NCBI GenBank assembly: GCA_951406725.2
Contig: OX597814.1
Coordinates: 20,646,001-20,710,000 of the forward strand
Direction: 5' to 3'
Source: Octopus vulgaris
Taxonomy: Eukaryota
DNA length: 64,000 nt
The position numbers and the translations under genes are program-made. Under the pieces are notes generated by a model. That model ran no database searches. It saw nothing but the letters and a program-made list of their open reading frames with translations, and was not told the origin of the DNA. Positions 12,748 through 24,700 of the stretch are shown piece by piece (position 1 is the stretch's first letter; every line of letters starts with the position of its first letter).

Positions 12748-15700
12748 TGGTGGCACGTAAAATGCACCCACTACACTCACAGAGTGGTTGGCGTTAGGAA
12801 GGGCATCCAGCTGTAGAAACACTGCCAGATCAGACTGGAGCCTGGTGCAGCCTCCTGGCTTCCCAGACCCCGGTCAAACCGTCCAACCCATGCCAGCATG
12901 GAAAACGGACATTAAACGATGATGATGATGATGATGATATATATATATATATATATATTTGTATGTCTGTGCCTAATGCCAATGAGGGAGTGAGTGGGGA
13001 GAGAAAGAAACAGAGAAGTTAAGTGAGGAAGTGGCTCTACTTCTCAATCTCATTTGCCATGTTTTATGATAGAGGGAGACATGTAAATAGTGTGTGTGAG
13101 TGAGTTAGAAAGAAAGAGAGAGAGAGTGAAAGAAACAGACAGACTAAAAGAGAGGAACAGAGGGTGAGAGAGAAACAAAATGAGAAAAGACAGAAAGAAG
13201 AGAGAAAAAAACAGAGAGACAAAACAAGTTTCTATAGAAGAAGTTGAAAGAGAGAGGGATAGTAGGAGATGCTGATGTTTGATACTGTATGTTCTATAGG
13301 TGAAGGTGAAAGAAAGCTGGCACAAAGAGAGTGGGGAAAGTGGGGTAGAAAGAGACGTTGATGTTTGTGTGTGTGTGCACGTGGTGTTCCACAATTGCCA
13401 TTAATTTCAATCACTCTTGTGAAGATATTCACGTAGCTTTCATTCATTTTTTATTTGATCCCTATTTTGATCTTCAAAATAGTTTCTGAGAAAAATGTTC
13501 TCACTCTCCACAGAAAGAGACAAGGTAGATGTAGATGACCAGTATTCTGCAGTGAAGCAAAGACAAGTACAGGCAGCCAGAATAAGGTCACTAGAGACCT
13601 CTGCATAACAACAGCAAACTGATTTCATCATGTATCTCAACTGAAGAATAAATTGAATTAAGAATAACAAATTTCTAAACAACATATTTTGCCTTTTTTC
13701 TTCTAATATATAAGGAACAGTTTTATTCCCAGGAAACGCTAGTTACCTCTGCTAGTAGATAATGGAGATACTGTGAACATAAAAGGATTTGAAATGAAAA
13801 TTTTAAAAAAAAAAGTTTTCAAGACATACTCTTTTACTCATTTCAGCCCTGTGGCTGCGGTCATGCAGGAGCACCATCGTTCTCTTTTAATTCAGTGAAG
13901 TAATATTAAAACAGAGACATTACAACGGGGAAAAAAAATTAAAATACAGTATATAATATTTACTTGAGCATTTCCTGGAGACTTATGAGCACAAAACTTT
14001 TTTCTGTCCAGTTCACATGCTTTTTTTAACTCGGGGTCTAAATTCAAGCTTTCACTCTATAATTACAAAGATAAAAAAAATATATAAAAATCAGAAATTG
14101 AAAAACAAATTTGAAAATTTACAAAAAGAATGAGGACAGTCACTGACATAGAAATTGTAATTGAGAATAATTAAATTTATTCTCAATAAAGACAAAATAT
14201 ACTTTACATGCTAAAAGATATGAAAATCATCATCTTATGGAAAAGTAAATACCAAGTCCAATGACATACGAATGAGGTTACTTTCATTACATTAGAATCA
14301 AAAATTAGAATCTTAAAATGTAAGCAACGTTAATAGTTTAACTCATGTATCATTATAAATGAATTCATAAATGAATAGCAAATGGACATTATACATTACA
14401 ATGAATAGTTTCCCCACTTTCCACTGTGCTTAAATATAAGGAAGACTTGCTTTTTTTTTTCTTGTTACTTCTAGGTTCAAACTAGGTACCTGTAATAGTA
14501 TATTGCCTTCATTCCTGCTCTACAGAAATTGGAATTAGGCTTAACAAAAGAACACTAAATTCCCAGATGCAATTCTCAATATGTGATACCATGTAACAAG
14601 TGAAAGGTAAAATATAGAGTACATATGTATAGAGAATTGGATTCAGGGAGTTTTTGGAAAAGCTGCAGAAGAGGATTACAGGAACTATTTGGTTGTCAGA
14701 TATGCTATTCTTCCACTACAACTTCTGTTTCATGTATCTGAAATCTGAATAAACTCTATCTCACTTTAAACATATAACATTTTGAACACTGACTTCTCTT
14801 CACTTTCAATCAAGCTACCAAAGCTGCTCAAAAAATTTGAGCTGTATACAAGCAAAAACATTATTACTAGAAGAACTGCACAGAAATGGAGAGGAAATTC
14901 AACCTCACACTTTCCACATTCTGGTTGATCTCTTCAGTTCAATTAGGATCAATTGAATGAGCTCATCCATAAAGACCTATGCCAACCTACCACAGAACTG
15001 ACGCAGCAGATGGGATACAATCATGATAGTGTCCCAAAACCCCTACCCCACCCTTTTACTACATCATCACCAGTGATGAAAAATGGGGTCTTTACATCAA
15101 TATAAAGCAGAGGGAAAATGGCTGAGTCTCAACAAGCAAGCACCATCTTGAGTTAAGCCAGAGTAGACTCCACACAAGACAATAATCTGCATTTAATGAG
15201 ATTAGAAAGGGCTAATCCGCTATGAAATGCTTGAAAACAATCACCTATTTAATGCCAATCTTTACATTCAACAAATGCACTGGATCAACAAAGCAATGCA
15301 AGTGAAACAACCCCGTGAATAACATTGCTAATCTGACCAAAAGTGCAATTCAAGAGCTTGATTGAGAAGTTCTACTCCACCCACCATATTCTCTTGATAT
15401 AATACCTTCAGATTATCACCATTTTTTTGGTTACTCTCCACCAGTCTGCGAGGAGTTTCATGTAACAAAATGGAGTAAAACATGAATTGATGAATAATTG
15501 TGTTAAAACTTGGTGACTTCTACCATCAACATGCTCACAAGCTAGCAGAATATTAGCAAAAAGATGTGAACAACGAAGAAAATAATAATGATTTGTTAAA
15601 ATTCTTGATGAAAAATAAAGATTCAAATAAATAAATGGTAACAAACAAATTTAACTGACAACCAATACTTTGTCCTCCTCACTTGAAATATCTAAAATAT

Positions 15701-18700
15701 TTGTTTTGCAAGAATAAACAGATTACACTCAAAACATTTAATACATTTTACATTTATGCACAATTTTTTTTTTTTTTTAAATAGAGCGAGTGGAATTAAT
15801 AACAAAGCAGAATAGAAAAGCTTTGCTTACTCTTTGTAAAAGTTCTACTCTGAGTTGGTGTCGACAATCTTTCTCAATGCGATGTTTTTCATCTAATAAT
15901 GTGTCATTGCGAACATGTTCACTTAGACAAGCAATAACATCAGGCCTAAAAATATGAATTAAATATTAATAGAAGAAATTCTAAGGGAAGTAACATTCAT
16001 ATCAGTAATGTCATCATTATCATCATCATTTAACACCCATTTTCCACAGTGGAATGGGTTGGATGGCTTCACAGGAACTGGCAATGTCAGGGGCTGCACC
16101 AGGATTCCATAGTCTGTTTTGGCTTGGTTTCTATGGCTGGAGACCCAACCACTTTAGAGTGTACTGGGTGCTTTTTACATGGCACCAGCACCTACACAAA
16201 TGCATTTTACATGGCACCTTCATCGACATCATAATTTAACATATGTTGTCCATGCTGGCATGGGTTGGATGGTTTGACTGGGCTGGCACACTGGAAGGCT
16301 GCACCAGACTCCAGTCTGATTTGGCATGGTTTCCTATGGTTGGATGCTCTTCCTAATGCCAACCACTCAAAGTGCAATGGATTTATCTTTGGCTAGGTAT
16401 TTCTTCTGCACTTGCCTTACCAGAAATATAGCATCAGTAGTGGTTCTACCTGTCACAAAACCAAACTGCATCTCATCTAGACTGGTTTTAGAATCCCAAT
16501 TCCGTTGTGGTAGGTGGGTCTTCTTGAGTACACAATGTGAATGCATAATATATTCAAAGTACCTAGACTGTCAAAGTAGGTTGCAGCATACACATGAACA
16601 ACATACATTGACTATTATTTATTACAAGAATATATGCACTCTTATGTCTCTTAAATATTTATATATATGTGAAAGAGGCATTAGTGAAAGATATAAAAAT
16701 GCCTCTACTCTTCCAATAAATGATGGTTTATATATATTGTTCAAGTGTATGTTCTGGAAGAAATCCTTTGACATCTGCTGTAACTTACTTTGACAGTCCA
16801 AATACTTAAAATTATGCATTCTCATTATTGATTCGAAAATGGAATATCAGAACAATAATTCTGAAATGTTTGTGCACAAGTCAAGTAGACACTTCATGCA
16901 CTGAAAGCACTGTCAGGTTGAGAAACTATTCACCTTCTTCTCTCTTTAACACACATATATTAGTGCACCAACCGTCTTACTCCCTTTTCTCTTTGCTTGT
17001 GCCTATCTGCCCATTCATCTGTACCATCATTAACTTGGCAGGCATCATAATCATAAATCTGACCATTGACCACAGGAGTCAGTATGTTGCTTGGTACAGT
17101 GATGTAGTACACTGATAACACATTAGCCCTTTACACTAAAAAGACAGAGGAATATATTGTAGAATATCAAAAGTCAAGGGTCTGTGTGTAAGGTTTCATT
17201 TACATTATTTACAATTGACGGATATTTGTCCTCATCTTGTTTGTTGTTAACACAACGTTTCAGCTGATATACCCTCCAGCCTTCATCAGGTGTCTTGGGG
17301 AAATTTCGAACTTGGGTTCTCATTCCTAAGATATTTTTGATAATATTATTATTATTCAGGTCACTGACTGGAATTGAACTTGGAATCTTGGGGTTAGTAG
17401 CCCATGCTCTTAACCACTATGCCATAATAACAATATCAAAAATACCTTAGGAATGAGAACCCAGATTCGAAATTTCCCCAAGACACCTGATGAAGGCTGG
17501 AGGGTATATCAGCTGAAACGTTGTGTTAACAACAAACAAGATGAGGGCAAATATCCGTCAATTGTAAATAATGTACATAATTCCTCATCTCTTATATGTA
17601 CAACTGTAGGTTTCATTTACAGTACATAAGACCTTTTTTTATCACAATGCTACATGAGTTATCCAAGAAAGCAGGCTCACTAGACTTCATCAGCCTGTTA
17701 GACCTTTCCTCTCAATTGTGATCTTGAATTACTGCAAATACTCTATATCAAGAGTGCTGTGTGGTTAACAAGTTTACTTCCCAACAACATGGTTAAGTTC
17801 AGTCACAAATGTGTGTGACACCTTGGCTAAGTTCTACAGTCCCAGGCTAATCAAAGCCTTGTGAATGGATTTGGTAAATGGAACCTGTGTGTGTATGTGC
17901 GTATTTTGGTTCTCCTTTTTTTTTTTGATATTGTGATAGTTGGACACGAGTGTCACTGTCATACAAGCAGTGTCAGTCATTTCCAAGATTCTTCAGAAAC
18001 ATGTCTGACTATGGGGAAATATTACCTTGCTTGGAAAGAAATGAGGGCTGTCATCAGGAGGGGCATCTGACCATAGAAAATCTGCCTCAATAAACACTGT
18101 CCAACCCATGTAAGCATGAAAAGTGGACATTAAAGCGGTGATGATGATGACTCTACTATCTACACACAAACATACACATAGCATTTGTCACATAACAATA
18201 TGAACATTTTAAACATTTATCCAAATAATTTGTTTGAAACATTACATATATTCCATCGATTGATCTCATGATCAGGAAATTATGATGAAAATGAAAAGAA
18301 AGCCACATTAAAAAATTATTGTAAAATTATAAAAACAATTGTTGTACAAAGCATTTCTCTATCTAATTTCAAATTTAAAAGTTTAATAATTCAATCACAA
18401 ACTTACTTCGTTTTCTTATTCTTACAGTGGGCTGCAACAGATCGCTTACAAGATTCTTTAAATTTAAAGCTGAATCGATAATCTTTTAAAAGGATCTACA
18501 AATAGAAAAGGAGAAAAATTGCTACAAATATTGAAATTTTAATAAAATAATTTTTTCTGAAGTAACAACAATAATATTCTTGAAAATTTTAATACAAGTT
18601 TTTCAATGTGTTGTCCTTTGGCAATTGAAGATGGCAATAATTTGTGCATTCATCTTTTCATAGATTTATGGATACTGAAATCAAAGTCCAAATAGCTGAC

Positions 18701-21700
18701 AGGATATGGACTGATAATCATCTGAGACAAAAAAAAAAAGGGTCACCTGGGTGTTACAGCCATTTTTAATAGTCCATTAAAATTTTATTGAAATAGTACT
18801 ATGTCCAAAAATCTCAGGATTTATTTAGCTCTACACCTACTACTACAAATGTGCCATAAATCAAGTGCTGTGGCTTTTACTTTGTGGATTTCACTAGGTT
18901 GGAAAACACTGTGCAATTGACATTTTTGTTACATGCAACAAAATAAGCTTTACATAAAAAACAAATTGCAAAAAAAATTTTCATTTTCAAGAACCTGAAA
19001 ATAAATAGGCAACTGCTATTCCAATTTGTGAAATTTGAAGATGATTATCACCTGTTTCAAAGATATGACATCACAAATATGGCTAATTATTAATTTAGGC
19101 CAATTAGTCAAAATTTTGACCAATTCACTGATCATTCAAATTGTCATTTTTCCTACAATATTCAACCAAGCTTCACAAATGAGGTATCAAAATGTTTCTT
19201 TTTGGATGCTCTCCAAGAAAAGGACAGTAGAAGTTAGATTTAAGCATTTTCAAAAATTCATAATGATACCCATTGAGAATACAAATTAGCAACATATCAG
19301 TTAAGAGAAGAAACAAAGGTTTTTACTGTTTAAGTTACTTTAAGATAAAGAAATAGTAACTTACCAGTTGATGATGTTCAACTCCAGCACCACATTTTCT
19401 ATTCATATCTTGGTGATGTTTGTGTTCAATTAAGCAGTCCATTACTTCAGATGGATCGACATCATTATCTAATTGATCCTTTGATTAAAATTTAATTAAT
19501 TTTACTCAAGCCAAAATTATTTAGATTTATTAATGCATTTGATAGAGAAACACAAAATCTTATTAGAACAATCTGATAAAAGTATGAACATATTTTTTTT
19601 TAATCATGCTACATATATTAAAAAAAAATACTATTAATTTTAAGAACTGTGGAAAACAAAATTAGTTGGAAGAGATATTTTTAAGTTTCACATGCATTCT
19701 TTCATGCTTGAAGATTATATTTGTGAAGTAACCTTTTTACACTTAGATACCCTTCTTACTGCTAACAACAGTTCAGCTGCAAATCACAGAGTGGAAGCCA
19801 CCTAAATACATTCACTAATCATTTTCTTCCAGAGTGAATTTATAGTGTTTTCATATTCAAAATTTTATGACTTTATGAAAATTTTGCTTATGGTACTCCA
19901 CCCTTCATTTTTACTTTTAAAACCCACATACACAGGCAAACACTTTTCTATGGTTGCCCTTCTGCCAAGCTTCTATATACTGTGCCACCACAAAAACAGA
20001 TAGTTGCTTCTGAAAAATATGCACAAGTCTTCTACTCCATGAATTCTCTTTCTACATGCAGTTTCCCTATTCAAGTGTTTGTTATAGATGCATGAACTGA
20101 CCCTTACAAATTCCATCATTTCAGTATGTTCTCCATGTCTTTATCCTCACTGACTTTACTACCCCAAAACAATAAACTATTTAGAGTACATTGCTTACAT
20201 TTTTGCAACAATTTGTATGTATAGATTCCTGTAAAGTAGAAAAATCAATGTAACTCTCAGCTTAATTTGAGAAATATATAATTATCTGCTTTTCCAATGA
20301 TTGTGTTGCACATATTAAATTCATTTACATCTTCATTCTAAGATGCATAGATGTACATTTACCCATCTGAATGTTTCCCAACATGTGCATTAATATTTCT
20401 GTTGAAGTTATGAAATCTCTAGCAAACTCTTTTGATTTTACAGCACTGGACTATTTACTTGCAGGTAGGTGTACTTGGTCGGAGGCACAATGCAACATTA
20501 GTTATAGGATACAAACTACTACTAATCAGCTCAGCTGATTGTTCAAATAAACTACAAAATAAAGTCATCTGGCAAGAAAAAATGTGGAAATAAAAGAAAG
20601 TTAAGACATTTACATAATAATTTCATAAAAATGCTTACTTCACAGAATTTTTTTATCATAGGTGTACATGCTCGAATGAGAATAGCATCCAGTTCAATGT
20701 TTTCATCTTCATCTTCAGTGAAGGTACGTACAGCTTCTTGACAGTCATCAGATAATTTCTCATAATTATCTTGCAAACATCTTACTTCCTAGATAAAAAA
20801 AAATGTAAACATTTTTAGTTGCATATTTTATACAAATCAACAATATTATATCTAGTTTTTTGGCAGCTGCTTGAGTAAATGCTACAATAAAACAATTAAA
20901 AAAATGTTCTGTCAAGAGATAGCTGTTCCAATTCATTGTTAACTAATTAGTATTTAAAATCAAGATAAAAAAGCTCACTCACTCACTCACTATAGATTTA
21001 ATGCTTGGACAGGAGTTAATGCTGACATAATATTTAAAATAAAGATCTTGCTAATTTTTAAAAGCATAATGAGGGAAAATATCAGAAAAATATTTCATTT
21101 GTTTTTGTTTAAAATGGTAAAATAAAATGCAAGAAGTGTTTCTCATTTCTCCAAAATTGGTCAAACTAATAGAGTCCCGTCCAGCTGGAGAACACATACG
21201 CCATAGAAACCGGGAAACTGGGCCCATGAGCCTGCCTAGGCTTTAAAAGGGCGCATTTATTTATTTTTAATAGAATATCATGCTAAGTAGTTTGTAGTTT
21301 TAGTTGGGTTGTGTTATAAATTCAAATCTTAATGGTTGTCTACCTTGTTTCCATCATTCCAAGGAAATCATCATCATCATCATTTAACATCCACTTTCCA
21401 TGCTGGCACAGGCTGGACAGTTTGAAAACTGGTAAGCCAGGGAGCTGTACCAGGTTCCAATCTGATTTGGCAAGGTTTCTATGGGCTGGATACCCTTCCC
21501 AACACCAACCACTCCAAAAGTGTAGTGGGTATTTTTTACGTGCCACCAGCACGAGTGCTAATGACCTTACACCAGCATCAGCCATGACTAGTCTCACTTG
21601 GCTTGACAGGTCTACAGAAGCAGGTCTATATCACCAAAGATTTTGGTTACCTGTCACTGTCTCCATGAGGCCCAATGCTCAAACAGTGCTTTTTATGTGC

Positions 21701-24700
21701 CACCAGCACGGGTGCCAGTCAGACAGCACTGGCATCAACCATGACTATGATTTCACTGAGTTCAACAGGTCTTCCCAAGCACAGCACAATGATTGAAAGG
21801 TGCTTTTAACAGGCCAGTTATATGACACTAGTATTGGCCATGACTACAATCTCAATTGGCTTGATGGGTTTTCTCCAGCACAGAAAAGGTCTTGGTCACT
21901 TATCATTGCATCTGCGAGGCCCAACATTTGAAGGTTGTGCTTCACCACCTTGTCTCATATCTTCCTAGGTCTACCTCATCCACTGTTAGAGGGCGACACT
22001 TCACACATCTGTCCTCATCTATACACATCACATGACCATACGAGCACAGTCGTCTCTCTTGCACACATCTGACACTTCATATGTCCAACTTTACTCTTAG
22101 GACACTTACACTGTCGTACATGCACACTGACATTACACATCCAGCGGAGCATAATAGCTTTATTTCTTACAAGCCTATGTATGTCCTCAGTTGTCACAGC
22201 CCATGTTTCACTACCATGCCTTTCACTGAGTGAGAAGCTCTTTGTTACTGGCAGAGGTAGGAGCTCTCTGGACTTTGCCCAGCCTATTCTTATTCTAGCA
22301 GCTATGCTCTCCACCCCCACTACTGACTTGATCATCTAGGTAACGGAAGCTATCAACTACTTCTAGTCTTTCCCCCTAACATGATGGAATCTATTTTCTG
22401 TACATTTTTGGTGTTTATTGTACCTGCACACTTTCCACACAAAAAAACTATCTGCCCTGTTAACCTTCCTTTGATATTGCTGCACCTCTTATGTGTCCAC
22501 AGCTTACAGCGGGTACATCTTATGGAGTTTCTACCTACGCCATTTTTACAGATTAAGCAGGGCCAGCTACCTGAAGGGATTTGTGATTTGTCCACTTTCC
22601 TACTTACTAAGACTAGTTTTCGCTAGGTTAACTCTAAGGCCCTTCAATTCTAGAACTTGCTTCCACACCTCAAACTTCTCTAGTTCTGTTAATGACTCAG
22701 CAATAAGAGCAAGGTCATCAGATCAGCATAGAGGAGCTCCCAGGGGCAGCCTGTCTTGAATTCCTCTGTTATTGCCTGGAGGACTATGACAAACAAGTAG
22801 AGGCTGAGGACTGATCTTTGGTGAACCCCTGCTTGTACCCTGACTTCTTCGCTATACTTGTTGGCAACACTCACCTTACTGACAGCATCCCTGTACATGG
22901 CTTGTACAGTTCTCACAAACCACTCATCTATCCCTAGTTTCCGCATTGACTACCAGATAAGGGATCGAGGAACTCTGTCAAAGGCTTTCTCCATGTAAAA
23001 AAAAGCCAAGTACAGAGGTTTATCTTTGGCTAGGTATTTCTCCTGCAGCTGTCTTACCAGAAATATAGTATCAGTGTTGCTTCTTCCTGGCACAAACCCA
23101 ATCTGCATCTCATCTAAACTAACTCTCTCCCTAATTAGTTGGGCTATGACCCTCTCCATAACTTTCATCACCTGATCCAACAATTTGATACCTCTGTAAT
23201 TAATTCTATCTAAAGCGTCACTTTTAACTTTATAGCAGTTGACTATGGTGCTGCTACACCAGTCATTGGGTATGACTCCTTTGTGCATCACCTGGTTAAC
23301 TATAGAGGTGATTAGACTATAGCCTACAGTGCCAGATATTTTAAGCATCTCAGCGGTGATTCCTTATGGTTTAGGGGTTTTCCTTGTCTTCACATCCTTA
23401 ATTGCTTTATCTAACAAGGTACTGTCAATTCACATAGCTGGTCCCTCTGTTGGGTCAACATTTGGCAGACTCTCTTTCACCTACTCATTCTCTTCATTTA
23501 GCAATCTTTCATAGTGGTGTGTCCAAGCCTTTCGCTTTGCAGCACCATTAAATGCAAGTGAGCCATCATCCATGCGAACTCATTTGTCTCCTATCACATT
23601 GTTTTTTACTCTCAAGTACTGTGCCGGTGGCACGTAAAAAGCACCAATCGATAGTGGCCGCTGCCAGCCTCCCCTGGCACGTAAAAAGCACCCACTACAC
23701 CCACGGAGTGGTTGGCATTAGGAAGGGCATCAAGCTGTAGAAACACTGCCAGATCAGATTGGAGCCTGGTGCAGCCTCCTGGCTTCCCTGACCCTGGTCG
23801 AACTGTCCAACCCGTGCTAGCACGGAAAACGGACGTTAAACGATGATGATGTACTGTCGTGCAATTCAAAACACTTCAAGTCCCTGGTCCTCATGATGCA
23901 GAACATTGGCAAATCTTTTCTTTTCAGCTTCTTTTCTGGCTAAGTAAACCTGTCTCCTAGCTTCCCTTTTGGCTATTTGATACACTTCCCTGCTACCACC
24001 ATACTTCCAGGTCTGTTTCTTTTCCTTAACGGCCCTGTCAACTACACTGTTCCACCACATTGTCACCTTAGGTCGAGAGGGAACTTTGCACCAGCCATAA
24101 ATCTGGTCAGTAGCAATCAACAGGTTGTCTTATAAGAACCGCCAGTTGTCTTCCACATTGTCTGATGCTATATCCACCCCTTTTTCGTCAAAAACTTCAA
24201 TATCTCTAAATCTCTGTCCATTCAGAGGATCGATCCTTAAGCTTCCAGACCCTTCTTTTCTACACTGGCCTCCTGAAGTCACTGACAACTAACCTATGTT
24301 GTGGGGTGCCTTCTCCACCCGGGAAAGTTTTGGCATTTATAAGCAGCCATCTTTCTCATTTCCTGGGAGAATGTAGTCAATCCGACTAGTGTACTCACGT
24401 CAGATCTGTGGAATTGTCTTATCCAAGATAGCATGGAAGACAAACATTAAGTAATGATGATATGTAATCTTTCTTGACATAATAACGTGACAATTGTTAC
24501 TAAGCTAAGTATAAAAGTATTTAAAATTAACCTTTCTCTCATAATCGCATCACACAAAACCCAAAAGATTCTCAACAAGATTTTTAGAATTAAAAAGCAA
24601 TTGCATAAAATCAAAGCAATTACAAACTTGACTTGTTGAAGTTAAAGAAGGAAACGTAAATAGGAAAGATATTTCAGAGAGCTGCAGATATAGTAACGAA

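Larger units (their letters stand above)
17191..17621. mobile_element. Inverted, hammerhead-bearing tRNA-headed SINE-like retroelement with 14-bp flanking direct repeat
   Basis: Arms 17201-17342 and 17434-17575 are reverse complements; AGGTTTCATTTACA at 17191-17204 and 17608-17621. Confidence 0.85.

Noticed and set aside
19700-20520. Possible very old LINE RT remnant on the minus strand
   Set aside because: Only faint motif-like patches; cannot support without alignment. Same for ~39860-40450 and ~53650-54240.
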